A stretch of 63,102 nt of DNA, counting the filler, from Olpidium bornovanus S191 (Eukaryota; Fungi; Olpidiomycota): the NCBI GenBank assembly GCA_017911155.1. It is 27 parts of 27 records of this genome, joined end to end, with 100 filler letters (N's around TTAATTAATTAA, not from the genome) between each part and the next. Parts side by side here need not be neighbours in the genome. Positions count along the whole stretch, not along the records: positions 1 to 1,750 come from JAEFCI010000341.1; positions 1,851 to 3,851 come from JAEFCI010005013.1; positions 3,952 to 6,457 come from JAEFCI010005922.1; positions 6,558 to 11,812 come from JAEFCI010003001.1; 23 more parts are not named here. One strand, 5' to 3'. The stretch's first letter is position 1, and each line of letters begins with the position of its first letter. The translations under genes were made by a program, and so were the position numbers. The notes under the pieces are model-generated. The model was not told the origin of the DNA. It saw only the letters and a list, made by a program, of their open reading frames with translations, and searched no databases. Shown one piece after another: positions 1 to 11,452 of the stretch.

Positions 1-3
1 ACA

Positions 4-60
<57 letters not shown>

Positions 61-210
61 AGCGAGAGAGGAAGAGAAAGAAGGAGAAAGAAAGAGAGAG
101 AGAGAGAAAGAAAAAGAGAGAGAGAGAGAAAGAAAGAGAGAGAGAAAGAGAAAGAAAGAGAGAGAGAGAGAAAGAAAGAGAGAGAGGGGGGGAGAGAGAG
201 AGAGAGAGAA
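1..210. repeat. Poly-A tract followed by (GA)n/GAAA purine microsatellite at the contig edge
   Basis: Read directly: about 50 A, then about 150 bp of GA/GAAA repeats. Confidence 0.95.
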
Positions 211-293
211 AAAGCAGTTTGTTTTTCTGCACAAAGGGGGGCAAACCTCACCCACCCACCCCCTCCCCCCCACCACTACCCCCGCGCGCGTAC

Positions 294-1005
294 ATCAGAT
301 ATACGCCGAAGAAGCGCTTGTTGACGAAGACCCTGGCGTGCGTCCCCTGCTGGGTGGGCAGGCCGACGGAGTTCGCAATGTCCATGTAGGTTTTCTCGCG
401 CAAGAACGAGGGGTCCCTAGCGCCCGTCCGGAACTTGAACACCTGGCGGCCATCGATGTTGTCGTCGCCGGACATCTTCAGCTTGAGCTGGCGCTTCCGG
501 TACTCGCTGTTGCTGTTGCCGCCGAGGGAGAGCGTGACGTCTTCCCTCTTGTGTACGGCGTGCTGCGTCACCACGACCATTTTCACCGGGACTCCCCCCG
601 AGGCGGCGGAGTAGACGTCGTCGAACCCGAAATCCGGCGACGTGACGTGGACCGTGGGGATGTAGGAGCTGTTGAAGACCTCGGTGTACCCGTGCGGCCA
701 GGCGGCGTACGCCTGCGGCAGGGCGGGGACCGCGGCAGCGGTTGCCGTCCTGTTGAACATCTCGTTCGGGGTGCGCTCCGCCCACGCGGGCCGCAGGGTC
801 CTCGCGAACGGCTCCCCGGCCACCTCGGCGCCGCTCGACCCGTCGACGACGACGTACGAGTACGTGTCGCCGGGCGAGGCCTGGACCGCCCCGGACCACA
901 CCGTCTGATCGTCGCCGAGCGCCATCGGGATCAGCGTGCCGAATATCTTCAGCGCAATCTTCTGGCCATCGCCCGGGAACGCCACGACGTTGAACGCGGT
1001 CGTGG
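294..1005 (-). CDS. cotH: CotH-family kinase (spore coat protein H-like), internal exon; gene partial
   Basis: Translation AFNVVAFPG..EPFARTL..NEMFNR..YIPTVHV..KRQLKLK..FKFRTGARDPSFLREKTYMDIANSVG..HARVFVNKRFFGVYL follows the Mucorales CotH pattern (IPTI..FKLR..EDP..REKLY.DI...G....VR.FIN...FG). GT donor at 293; acceptor position approximate. Confidence 0.85.
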
Positions 1006-1145
1006 CTTTTGTTTTTTCGGATGGGGAGGGCCAGAAGGCGGATTGAAAATAATTATAACAGTCACAACGGACAAAAAAAGAATGAAAAATGAAAAGCCTC
1101 GGGGCCGCCGGGGGACGCGGTTTATCGAATTTCTTTTTGTTTTTT

Positions 1146-1197
<52 letters not shown>

Positions 1198-1324
1198 GAG
1201 AACCGGGGCCCGCTTTTGTGAGGATAACGCGGGAAACCGCGCGGGAGAGAGGGGGGATGAGAGGGTTCGAAACCCACCCAGACCCTTTCTCCCCCGTCAC
1301 CCCCTTCCCCCATTCCCCTCCGTT

Positions 1325-1370
<46 letters not shown>

Positions 1371-1750
1371 CTTACTGATGGAGAGGGCGGCGGCTGGTCG
1401 GGATGGAGGGTGTTACACGCGGACACGATAATGGAAAAAAAAAAAGTAAACCCGATCTTTTTAACGTCCGGCCGGTGCTAATGCGTTTTTCTTTTCCACG
1501 CTCCCGCGCGAAATATCTATCTTGCCGCGCCGAGAGCAAAAAAAAAAAAGGAAAAAAATGAAAAAAAAAAAATCCCACCGCTGGAAGCCGAGAGGCAGCC
1601 GATAAAAGCGAAACGTTGCGACGGTCGCCTCATGATACGGCCGAATTCAGGGCTTTGGCAGCCGAACACCGCGCACCCGGCACGCGGGACCGCACGGGAC
1701 CCGGGCCCCAGGGAGGCGGCGGGGCAAGGCGGACCGGGGGGGAGGGGAGG

Positions 1751-1850
1751 NNNNNNNNNNNNNNNNNNNNNNNNNNNNNNNNNNNNNNNNNNNNTTAATT
1801 AATTAANNNNNNNNNNNNNNNNNNNNNNNNNNNNNNNNNNNNNNNNNNNN
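1751..1850. other. Artificial contig spacer (44N-TTAATTAATTAA-44N), first of 26
   Basis: Identical 100-bp spacer with stops in all six frames also starts at 3852, 6458, 11813, 14761, 15999, 17987, 19681, 22262, 24933, 26258, 27836, 29636, 30790, 32949, 37464, 41467, 42571, 46921, 49384, 50958, 53485, 54947, 58936, 60658, 61931. Confidence 0.99.
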
Positions 1851-1852
1851 AG

Positions 1853-2302
1853 TCTGCGAAGCAGCCTTGCATCACACTGTCTTCGACTGAAGCCGAGCTC
1901 GTCGCAGCATCTGCAGCAGCACAGGAGCTCGTCTGGCTACAATTCATTCTGGCAGAATTCACCAATGGTCCGTTAGAAGCATCAACTCTGTTTGTCGACA
2001 ATCAAGGAGCAGTTGAGCTAGCATCAAACTTGCACCGTGTCGGCAGTCGTTCAAAGCATATCTCAGTTATACACCTATTTGTCCGAGAAGAAGTCAAGCA
2101 AGGAACTGTCATTGTCCGTCCAGTTAGGACGAGCCAGAATGTCGCGGACGTATTCACAAAGGGATTGGCAAACCAAGGTTTTCTGAGTGTATTTCTTTTC
2201 ACAGCCTTTCTCCTCACTCGGCTCACATATGAGCAAATTTTTGTGATCCATTTTTTGTTTGTTTCCGTTACACATCCTTCTTTTTCTTTGCCGGATGTAT
2301 AA
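1853..2302 (+). mobile_element. Ty1/copia RNase H domain (3' end of pol)
   Basis: KQPCITLSSTEAELVAAS..QELVWLQ..LFVDNQGAVELASN...SRSKHI...LFVREEVKQG..V..V.TSQNVADVFTKGL, the canonical copia RNase H signature. Confidence 0.92.
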
Positions 2303-2484
2303 CGAGGAGGAGTGTTGAACCCGGAGAATCCGGAGGCCCCCTTGGAACCCCTGAATGTTCTCTGTACTATAACGCGTAAATTTCCCAATAAACTGCTTTC
2401 TTTCACGGAGGCGAAAACCACAAAAAGCCAACACTCCTCGCCTCCGTGACGGCGCTCTCCCCTTTTTGACTCCTGGATACAACA
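2301..2484 (+). mobile_element. Polypurine tract (2301-2312) and 3' LTR (2313-2484, TGTTG...CAACA)
   Basis: AACGAGGAGGAG directly precedes TGTTG; 5-bp terminal inverted repeats TGTTG/CAACA; internal AATAAA; lies just downstream of the pol stop. Confidence 0.75.
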
Positions 2485-2788
2485 AAATTCCCCCCCCCCG
2501 CGGGGGTCGGATGCTGTCAAGATACAGATTGAAAAATTTGTTGTGGAAATGATAAATTAGTGGCTTTCTATGATTGTCATCTGGTCAAGCATTACAGAGT
2601 CTTTTAAACCTCTCCTTCCATTGTAGAAGGGCGTCGTATATTCCTTGCCAAATTAGCCTGCAACCATCCATTCATACTCCAGCAGGAGTGGTAGTTAGGG
2701 TCGCGCCCCTTCGGCTGCTGGAAGAGTGTGGTGGTGTACAAGCACAGACTCCAACCAGTGTCGCTCTACGCCGTACATATATATATGG

Positions 2789-3160
2789 TGTAATTTTATG
2801 AGCTCGAATACAAAACGCCACCCGGCGGAATTCCCAAACACAACCGCAAAAGGTTATGAGCCCACCGCGGACAGCGCCCTGCCCGTGAACGCTCCCGACG
2901 AGCGCACCTCCAACCTACGCTCCCGAAGAGCGTGAACCTCCTACCTTCCTCACGGCGCCCTCCGCTCCCGAAGAGCGCAGCAACCAACTTTCGCGCGACC
3001 GCTGTCGCGCCATCCTCTGTGCCGCCGCGCGCCCGCCGCCTCCGCTGCTGCGCGCCGCCGCCGCGCAACCGCCATCCTCTTTGCGCCGCGATCCCGAAGA
3101 GCTCGCGACCGCCATCCCCTCTGCGCCGCGCTCCCGAAGAGAGCAACCACTATCCCTGCG
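2789..3160 (+). mobile_element. Candidate miniature LTR element: short LTR-like segment, half-tRNA-iMet PBS (2852-2863), GC-rich tandem subrepeats
   Basis: GGTTATGAGCCC at 2852; the upstream 60 bp resemble 11453-11501; repeated CGCTCCCGAAGAGC and CGCCATCCTC blocks follow. Confidence 0.55.
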
Positions 3161-3951
3161 CGCGTTGTCGGCGACGAAGCCGAGGCCGCAAGCAGATCGA
3201 GTCCGAGCGGCAGAGAAGGCAGGGTCGGCTTCGGGCCCGCAGGGGGCTCTGGGCGATCCGGTTGATAGGTGGGCTCGCGTGTCGCACTCGGACCGACGTC
3301 GGTAGCGCTACGACGCGGCCTCGAACCCCTCTGCAGCTGGCGCTGCACGCGAAACGACGAGGAAAACGAAAAACAGAGAACAGCCGACGCTGCTCAGCTC
3401 GTAGCGGTGGCCCATACCTCCGCTCAAACGGGACCAAAAAGGAATGCGACGCTCGAACAAGCCCGACGGCTTTGTTTTATTTCGAAGCGAACGGATCGGC
3501 TATGGTAGAGGTTTTTGGGTGGTTTGCGTTGCGCTCAACGTCGAGGTTTTTGCGTTGGGCAAAAAAAAAGGGGTGACGAAACCAAAACACTTTGAGCAAG
3601 TGGATGGCGTCGCCGCACGTGACTCTGGTGGGCAAAGGTAAAAGGCGGTGCAAGCGAGCAAAACAATGCAAGAAAGCAAAAGTGCAAAGGGGCGAAACGA
3701 TGCAAAAGGGGCGAAACCGGGGGGAAATCGAGGGAAACGGGGTTCGAAGCTAGAGTAATCGAAGCCGGGGTCGATGTCCGCCAAAAGCCATTTTGGGTGC
3801 CGACAACCGCCCCCTTCGTGCTAGAGCGATGCCTAGGGCGAGGCGCGAATCNNNNNNNNNNNNNNNNNNNNNNNNNNNNNNNNNNNNNNNNNNNNTTAAT
3901 TAATTAANNNNNNNNNNNNNNNNNNNNNNNNNNNNNNNNNNNNNNNNNNNN

Positions 3952-6457
3952 CATGGGGGCGATGACGCCGAAGCCCGTGCTGAAAGTGTGCACGAGGTTC
4001 CTGGGCCACGAAAACTCCCGGGTGCGGGAGGAGACCGTCAACCTCATCATCGTAGCCCTGCTCACGTTCAAGCGCTACGAGTTCGACTACCCCACGCTGG
4101 TCGCCGAGCTGGTGACCAGCCTGCGGGACCAGAAGGCGAAGGTGAAGTACGTGGCCGTGGAGGCCTACGCCGTGATCGGCAAGATGATCGGGCACGACCG
4201 CGTGACCCGCATGCTGAAGGACTACGGCGTGGAAGACAGCATCCTCGAAATGCTGAACATCCGTTTCGAAAATGCCATGATCCCCATGCTCACGATGGAC
4301 GGCTTGGTCGAGCACATTTTGACTCGGACCGTCGGGACGCCGCGGCCGGCGTCGTCCAGGATCTCGGCTGCGTCCGACAGGCTGACCGCCCAAAGAGGCG
4401 CGGTCTACGTCGGCAGTCTGGAAAGCGACGGCGCCAGATACAACGTTCTAGGCAACGGCCGAATGCCTTTGAAGTCGGCCCCGGCGCCCCTGGGACACGG
4501 CATCAACGGTTATTTGCTTCGGGAGGAAGCTAATGACGGGCAGGTGTATGTTGGAGGCCGCACGGCAAGCCAGCCTTTGGACGGAAATGGCGACATCGCT
4601 CGCAGATTTCGGAGCGCTGGAAGCGTTCCGGCGCTGAAGATGGACGGACTTCCTTGGGAGCAGAAGACGACGAACCGCGTCTTCGGCTCCTCCTACTACG
4701 CACAGCATGAGCTGCCTGCGGACCTCCCGATGCACATGACTCCCGCGTATTTTCAGGTTTGCGCGCCGGTCACATCGGGAAGAGGGGACGACGCCCGCGG
4801 ACAAGCGGACTTGTTTTCGCTGCAGCGGTCCCGCGACAGGCAGCAGCAGCTGTGCCCGGGCCGCTGCGCTCCGACTCAGCGTTCATCGACGACGCAAAGC
4901 TGCTCGGCGAGATACGCGGCGAACTACGAGCCCTCGTTTCCGGCGTACGAGGCGGGGCCGGCGCCGGACGCCGTCGCCGGCGCGTTCGAGGACGCCGGGA
5001 GGGCTTACTACCACCTGACGCACCACGCCCGCAGCTTCAGCGCCCCGTTCGCGGAACCCCACGATTCCGCGGAGCGGACGCCGGCGGCCGCTCCGTTCCG
5101 GGAAGAATACCGACGGCCGCCCGACGCCCGCTGCGGCGATCACCAGCGCGTCGCCGAATGGGGCCCCGGGGCGCGGGCTCGGGACAGCCGGAGCGACGCC
5201 GTGAGCAACCTGCAAGTGGGCAAGAAACACCCGTGCTCGCTGCCGCCGTCGCCGAACGCCGCTCATTTTGCGGCGCGCGGGCCCTTTGGCTCCGAGCACC
5301 ACGAGGTCTTCGAACGTTGCGCAGGCGAGTCGACCGGCGCGCAGCTAGTGCACCCGTGCTCCGCGCCGTCTCACAAAGTCAGAGGTCCCGATGCGGGCGG
5401 CCGGGACGAATGCCGGGCGCCGCTGAGTAAATCCGCCAAGGACAAAATTACGCAGTGCCGGCGAAACATTGTTTCCGTCTCCAGCGCACCGCCCGCTGCT
5501 AACGGAGATGGCGGTACGCACAAAGACGCACGGCGTTGCTGGTTGCATCCCTGCCTTGGGGTCGCATCGTACTGACACTACTCGGCCGCATCAACGCCAC
5601 CGACAGCTGACGGGAAAACGACGCCGCAAGCGGCCAAACAGTCACCGGCCGAGGCCTTTGAGCGAGCAAAAGTCCGCCGAAGAAAGGCGTTAATGAAACT
5701 CGATGCCAGCTCGCACAGCGCCGCTGACGGTGGCCCGCCGGGTTCCGCGGACGAACAGTGCGCCGGCGGCGACAGACACCGCAGACCGCGGTCGTTCGCG
5801 CGGACCGTGCCGCAAGAAGTAACTCCTGCGGCTGGTTCGCCCGGAGACGGGTCCGCGAAGGCCGGCGCCTTTGATCCCGGCGACGCGTCCGCGGAGAGCG
5901 ACGTTCGGGCGACGGTCCAGCAGCTCAGGTCGCTGGGCGACTGGACCGAGGCGATCAGCGCCCTGACCCGCCTGCAGGGACTGCTGTCTTCCCCCGCGGC
6001 GGTCTCGGCGATGATCCCGAGGCTCCCGGAGATCGTCGTCGCCGTGTCCAACGAGGTCGGGAACCTGCGCAGCGGGGTGGCGAAGGTGGCCATTTCCGTC
6101 CTGGGCGACGTGTGCGCGGCGGTCGGCAAATCCTTGGACCCGCACGCGGACGCCGTGGCGGCCGCCCTGGTGAAAAAGATCGGCGAGGGCAACAGCTTCC
6201 TGTGCGAAGAGTCGGGCCGCGCGCTGGCGACGCTGTGCAGGAGCGCATCGTTCGCGAGGGCGACGAACGCCCTGGCGGCGCACGCCGACAACCGGAGCCC
6301 CGCCGTGCGCTGCCGGGTCTCCCGCTGCCTCGCCGACATGGTCACCGGCCTGAGCGAGCAGACCGCCGCGCGGTACGTCGCGCACCGCGACTTCGAGAGG
6401 CTGCTGCCCGTGGTTGTCCGCCTCACGCGGGACGGCATGGCGGACACCCGCTTCGAG
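3952..6457 (+). CDS. TOGARAM1: TOG-array microtubule regulator TOGARAM/crescerin (FAM179/CHE-12 family), partial, spliced
   Basis: HENSRVREETVNLIIVALLTFKRYEFDYPTLVAELVTSLRDQKAKVKYVAVEAYAVI..IPMLTMDGLVEH matches my recollection of crescerin TOG2. DW..AISAL..L..EIVVAVSNEVGNLRSGVAKVAISVLGD..KKIGEGNSFLCEE..AL matches TOG3. A low-complexity linker with uncertain splicing lies between them. Confidence 0.82.
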
Positions 6458-6999
6458 NNNNNNNNNNNNNNNNNNNNNNNNNNNNNNNNNNNNNNNNNNN
6501 NTTAATTAATTAANNNNNNNNNNNNNNNNNNNNNNNNNNNNNNNNNNNNNNNNNNNNCTATTTATGCTCATCGACGTTGAGTGAAGGCGGGTCGACGGCA
6601 AAGCCGTCTTTCGACGTCGTGTCTGTCGACGCGGTGCGTCCGGTCCTTTCCCGCGCGGTTACCGCGCGGGGCTCCGAGCTCTTGCGGGCGGGGGGGTGCG
6701 GGGGGGGGGGGGGGGAGGGGGGGGTTATGGTTGGCGGGGGTTCCCTCGTATGGCGCTGGGGAGGGAAAGGGGAAAGGGGGAAAGCTCTTCAATTGGCGGG
6801 CTTCGAGGGGGGAAGGGGGAAAGAGCCCTTCGATTGGCGGGTTTCGAGGGGGGTTATTCTATTGGTCGTCCCCCAGGTTCGGGGGCCGTCCTGCCCTCGA
6901 TCCCGCCGCCGCCTCCGCCCTTCGACCGCCTCTCGCCCTTTGCCCTGCGCCCGCCGTCCTTCGCCCGCCGCCTGCCTTCCGTGGCGTCGGTCGACGGGC

Positions 7000-7240
7000 G
7001 GTTCGAGGGCCGTGCTACAGCACAACCTTGAAAATTGGCAATGTTTTTTTAGTTGTTTCACCATGTCCGAGCTCTTCCACCAACCATCTTTGTTCTTGCC
7101 GGCCTGGATGATGGCCCTTGTCTTTTCAGGAAGCTTGAGTTTTTTCTTGGCTTCCTCTGGTGACAGGCGAAGGGACCCATGACGTTTGCACATGAAGTCG
7201 CTGACCATGACTGATTCATCTTTGTTAAGGAACTCGTCTC
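7000..7240 (-). mobile_element. Degenerate fungal DDE (IS630/Tc1-like) transposase fragment
   Basis: SVMVSDFMCKRHGSLRLSPEE..KTRAIIQAGKNKDGWWKSSDMVKQL, then frameshifted KTLPIFK; resembles fungal transposase motif SDF..GRL.L..ARVII.PGKN.DGWW...L.KQ...AIPIF. Confidence 0.55.
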
Positions 7241-7854
7241 GTCTTCTCCATCTTCCTGTTGACTCACTGTTGAAGAACTAATTCGTCTTTTTCCATTTTC
7301 CTGATCAGGCTGATCAACCTCGTCCCTGTTCTGGATCTCCTCCTCCAGCTGGTCTGCAAGCATGTGTTTTGCCATTGGCAACATTGCAAACAATGAGATT
7401 CTCGATACAGAGAGTGCCTTTCTGCCTTGCTCTTCTTTGCTCTGGGCATAAGGTGACTCAGAATGTGGTGTATGTGGTGTGTGGTGTGTGTGGGGTGTGT
7501 GGGGTGTGCTGGGTGGTGGGAGTTGAGAACTTTGTGGTGGGTTGGGGGAGGTCTTACCTTTTATAATCCATGACTTTCCCCTCTTCATGTGTATAGCGCT
7601 GAAGTTTTGATATATAATTAATTGATTTTGCAAAAAGACCAGTTTTGATAGACAATTCTTTGGACCAGATTTGAAACAAGTGGTGAGTCTAAGCTGATGG
7701 CACCATTCCCCGCGGCCGCCCTCCTTCCGGAGACGGCCGTGTTTCGCGTTCCTCCCCGCCCCCCTCCTCCCCTCCCCGAATTCCAGCTGGACGCCGCGCG
7801 CGAGCCACGGAGGTCCACGTCCGCGCCGTCGTGTTCATTTCCCACCAGGGGGGG

Positions 7855-7891
<37 letters not shown>

Positions 7892-8161
7892 GGACGGTTT
7901 CGGCGACGGAGGGTGCGCGGGAGAGGGGCGCCCCGGTTTTTCACAGCGCGCGGAGCCGAATTTGGCGAACGCCCCTTCCCCGCCACACACACACACGCAC
8001 TCACACACACGCCCGACGCCGCCGACGGAACGTCCGAGCGGAAGAGGTTCCATCCCCCCCCCCCCCCCCCCCCGGCCTATCACACGAGATTTGTCCCCGC
8101 GTCGCGCGAGGCGCAGACGGTTCGGGAACCAGCGTGTTTTCTCACCCGGCCCCTCAACAAC

Positions 8162-9340
8162 ATGCCTCTTTCGCAGGCGCGCGTTCCGCTGCGCCGCCCG
8201 CGATCCCACCCGGCTGCCCTCCGAGCGCCGCCGCTCTCCCGCGCAGGCGGAAGGCTGCCGCGCGACGCCGCTCCCCCGAGTTCGGCGCGCCGCCGCGATT
8301 CGCGCCGGCGGTACCGGGACTCCGCCACCGTGCTGGTCGCGGCGGCCGCACTTTTTTCCGTCCCGCCGGCCGCCGACGCGCTGCGGGCCCGGGTTGAAGT
8401 CGGGCGACAACTCTGCTTTCACGAGGTGGGGCGGGCGGGGGCCGACCGAAGATCCCTCCCGCTTTGGTGTGTACAGCGCCACGCCAGGCTCACCGTGACC
8501 CCGCTTTCTCCTTCCGAAACACCCGCCGAACGTTCGACGATCTCAGCAAGTAGAGAAAGATGCTTCGTTCTCTGTCAACTTCGAAGTTGGTGAAGGTAAT
8601 TTCCGCAAGGTTCTACGCCAGCGGCTAGACGTCGCCAACACACTTTTGCGCCTGTACCGCTGAAACTTTTTCGAACCGTCCGCCCCCGCAGGTGGCAGCC
8701 TGGACATAGGTATTCGTTCGTTCAGGTTGCGGGTGCGCTTGATGTTGCCCGATTTCGTGGCTGACACCAAGCCGCCGCCCAGACTTTACTCTCGTAGATC
8801 CGTATGGATCACTTCTCGCCGAAGACCGCTCGCAATCCTCCGGGTCCCATTTCGTGGAGAACCCAATGGTCGGACGTTACGTCTATTGTTTCCGGAACGT
8901 GAACGGCTCCAAATATCCGAAGCTGGTCACTTTCCACGTTCATAACCAAGACAACGGCAACCATTGTGAGCAGGAAAATGGGCACATCTTTTTGTCTCGC
9001 GGCCCAGGGGACGGACCGCTTACCGAATTGCCGTGGGCCGCTACGCAGACAAGAGTGTCAGTCCATTAGAGGAAGAGATACAAAAACTTAAAGCGACGGT
9101 GGTGGCTATCACGGATGGCCAGGACTATTTAGCGCAGCGCGAGCGAACTCATCGGAATAGTGAGTCCCGCTGACTGGGCAAGCTCTTTATGACCGCGGTT
9201 CATTGTGTCAATATCCGCCACGCGTTCTTGCAGCCGCTGAAAGCACCAACGCAAGAGTTATGTGGTGGTCGCTCATGCAAACGGCTATCCTGATAGCCGT
9301 CTGTTTCTTCCAGATCTGGTACATAAGAGGGTTCTTTGAG
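8162..9340 (+). CDS. EMP24: p24/emp24/gp25L GOLD-domain cargo receptor (EMP24/TMED2-like), multi-exon
   Basis: Signal-like VLVAAAALFSVPPAADALR..LCFHE; VNFEVGEG; NGRYVYCFRN..PKLVTFHVH; PLEEEIQKL..DGQDYLAQRERTHRN; AESTNARVMWWSLMQ..QIWYIRGFFE. Last exon uncertain. Confidence 0.9.
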
Positions 9341-9782
9341 GTACGTAAAAGTTTCGATGTGCACACGATGCGCCGGCAAAACGCAAAATTGACGAAATTT
9401 ACTTCGCCAAGGTGAAACGACACACATGACGCACGAATTTTAGTCGTTGTCCACGCCACCATCGGCTACACGGCGCTTATTTGGAATATACCGCGTTTGT
9501 TTGGAATATCTTGGATCTGAGGCCGAACGATAGACTCGTGTAATCCAATATCTGGCGCGCAACCCGATGTCCGCCAGGCCTGGCCAAGGCTTTAATAATG
9601 GCGGCTGTACCCGCCGCCCCATTTCTAAGCGGTCGTCGTTGGCCTCGCCGGCTAGTTCGGCCACGTTCGCCGCGAACCAGGTAGCGGCGGTGGCCCTCGG
9701 CGCAATCAGCAGCGCAACAGAATTGGCGAGTCTGGCAACTTTGGAAGGCTATGCGGGGGCCGGTTGCAGTTCTCTCTTTCTT

Positions 9783-9814
<32 letters not shown>

Positions 9815-9848
9815 GCTCTCGCTCTCTCTGCTCTGCGCGGTGGGAGGT

Positions 9849-10136
9849 TGTTAGACCGTTCTCTATACAGCGCCGTGTTTAGGTCGTCGTTTCAGGAACC
9901 TTAGGGACACGTTCCCTTCGGGTTCTTTCAGCCGCTTCGCGGTCGTCATCCCGTAGTTCGTCGTCGTTTGCCCCGGAAGGGGGGGGGAGGGGGCGAAGCA
10001 CGCATGGCACCGCACATATCCTCCCCTGGACCAGAAATTTTCCCCTGAATCCCTCTCTATAAAACTGGGTAGAATCAAGGAATAGAAGAGCCCCCGCTGC
10101 TCCTTTTTCAACCCAAAGTCAACAGGTTATGAGCTC
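9849..10136 (+). mobile_element. LTR (ends CAACA at 10124) and half-tRNA-iMet PBS GGTTATGAGCTC (10125-10136)
   Basis: The 3' 127 bp align by eye at roughly 90% to the copia LTR at 47248-47375; PBS abuts the LTR end; 5' start (TGTTAG at 9849) is tentative. Confidence 0.8.
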
Positions 10137-10278
10137 AAACGGACTCTCCGCCTACAAAGAAGAAAAACTCCTCCTTCTCCCCGTCAAAGGAAGAACCATG
10201 AACGGAGAACGCCACCCTCGCCAGCAGTTCAGTGTAAGCGCTGTTCTGGAAGAAGGGAGACCACGGTATGCATAAGGC

Positions 10279-11440
10279 ATGCACAAGGCACTCCAGGAGA
10301 TGCCGGGGACGCCACACGAAGAGACGGAGATCGCGTATGACGACCACCACGCGTACTACGCAGTGGCGGACAACGAGAGAGGGCGCGCCGGAGGTTGGGC
10401 AATGCGCGACGGCACCACGGCTGCTCGCGGCGAGTCAAGGGACTCCACCTCATCGAGGTTGACCCAGCTGTCGGCGCAATCTCGGAGAGTTGTCGACTCC
10501 ATCCTCTTGGAGCGAGAGAGAACACGCCAGGAGGCGCAACGAAAAGCTGACGTCGACGCAGAAGTGCGCACACTTCGTCAGTGAGTCCAAACGCTGACGG
10601 CACAAGTGCCAAACTACCAACGAACAATCGAGGAGCTCGTGCCCAGGACGACCCAAGAGAACGGCGTTGCTACCAGGACAACCCATGAGAACGGCGCTCT
10701 GAACAAGATAGTAATCGCCAACTCAACCCCGGGCATGGAAGCCCGAGCAACGAAGGACAACGCAAGGAAGGAAGTAGCCAACAAGCGCGGGCACTTCTCT
10801 CCGCCATCCCAATGTACTTGGTGACGAGAAGAGCTGCTGCACTAGCCGCTTTCATCGCAAAGCTGGAGCTGGCAGCCGAACAAGCCGATTTAAGTGAAAG
10901 GGACGCCATGGCACTGGCCGCCAATTGCCTCACGCGTCAGGCCAGCATACTGTGGCTCTTTCACATGAGGCAATACCCCAAGGGCAATGGTCGACGCTGG
11001 ACAACTTGGGGTCAATTGCGAGACACACTCATTGTGCAGTACCACCCCAAGGAACACCAGCGCACAATGACCGATGCACTCCTTGACCTCACTCAGGCTG
11101 CCTGCTAAGACAACCTCGAAAAGTACATTGAAACCTTCAACACCCTCCATGCAACTTCCCTTACCACGGGATGAAACCTTATGGACACGGCGTTTCCACA
11201 AGGGACTTCATGCCGAGTTGAGAGGACGCGTCCTCCTCATGGTACCAAACTTAGACAGCCTCTCCGCTGTCCAAGAAGCCGCACGCCGGGACCAGCGCAT
11301 CAACGGGAGCAAATCCTTGACAAAAACGATGCAAGGTGCCGGCGCAGCCACAGAAGCAAGGCACAAGAGGAAGGACCTGAGGAACATCATGTTGAGATTT
11401 TTCTCTTATGTATCGACCCGCACCCGTTGTACCTTATGAC
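10279..11440 (+). pseudogene. Disrupted Ty3/gypsy-type gag (Retrotrans_gag-like)
   Basis: NCLTRQASILW..WTTWGQLRDTLIVQYHPKEHQRTMTDALLDLTQ..*.LEKYIETFNTL..RRFHKGLHAELRGRVLL..LDSLSAVQEAARRD; interrupted by stops and frameshifts; possible decayed zinc knuckle near 11400. Confidence 0.72.
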
Positions 11441-11452
11441 GCGTAAACCCCC

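Noticed and set aside
1225-1285. tRNA-like GGTTCGAAACCC T-loop motif
   Set aside because: No acceptor stem, D-arm or anticodon arm can be folded around it.
1795-1806. Recurrent TTAATTAATTAA motif as a biological repeat or CRISPR-like array
   Set aside because: Always flanked by exactly 44 N on each side; it is an artificial six-frame-stop linker.
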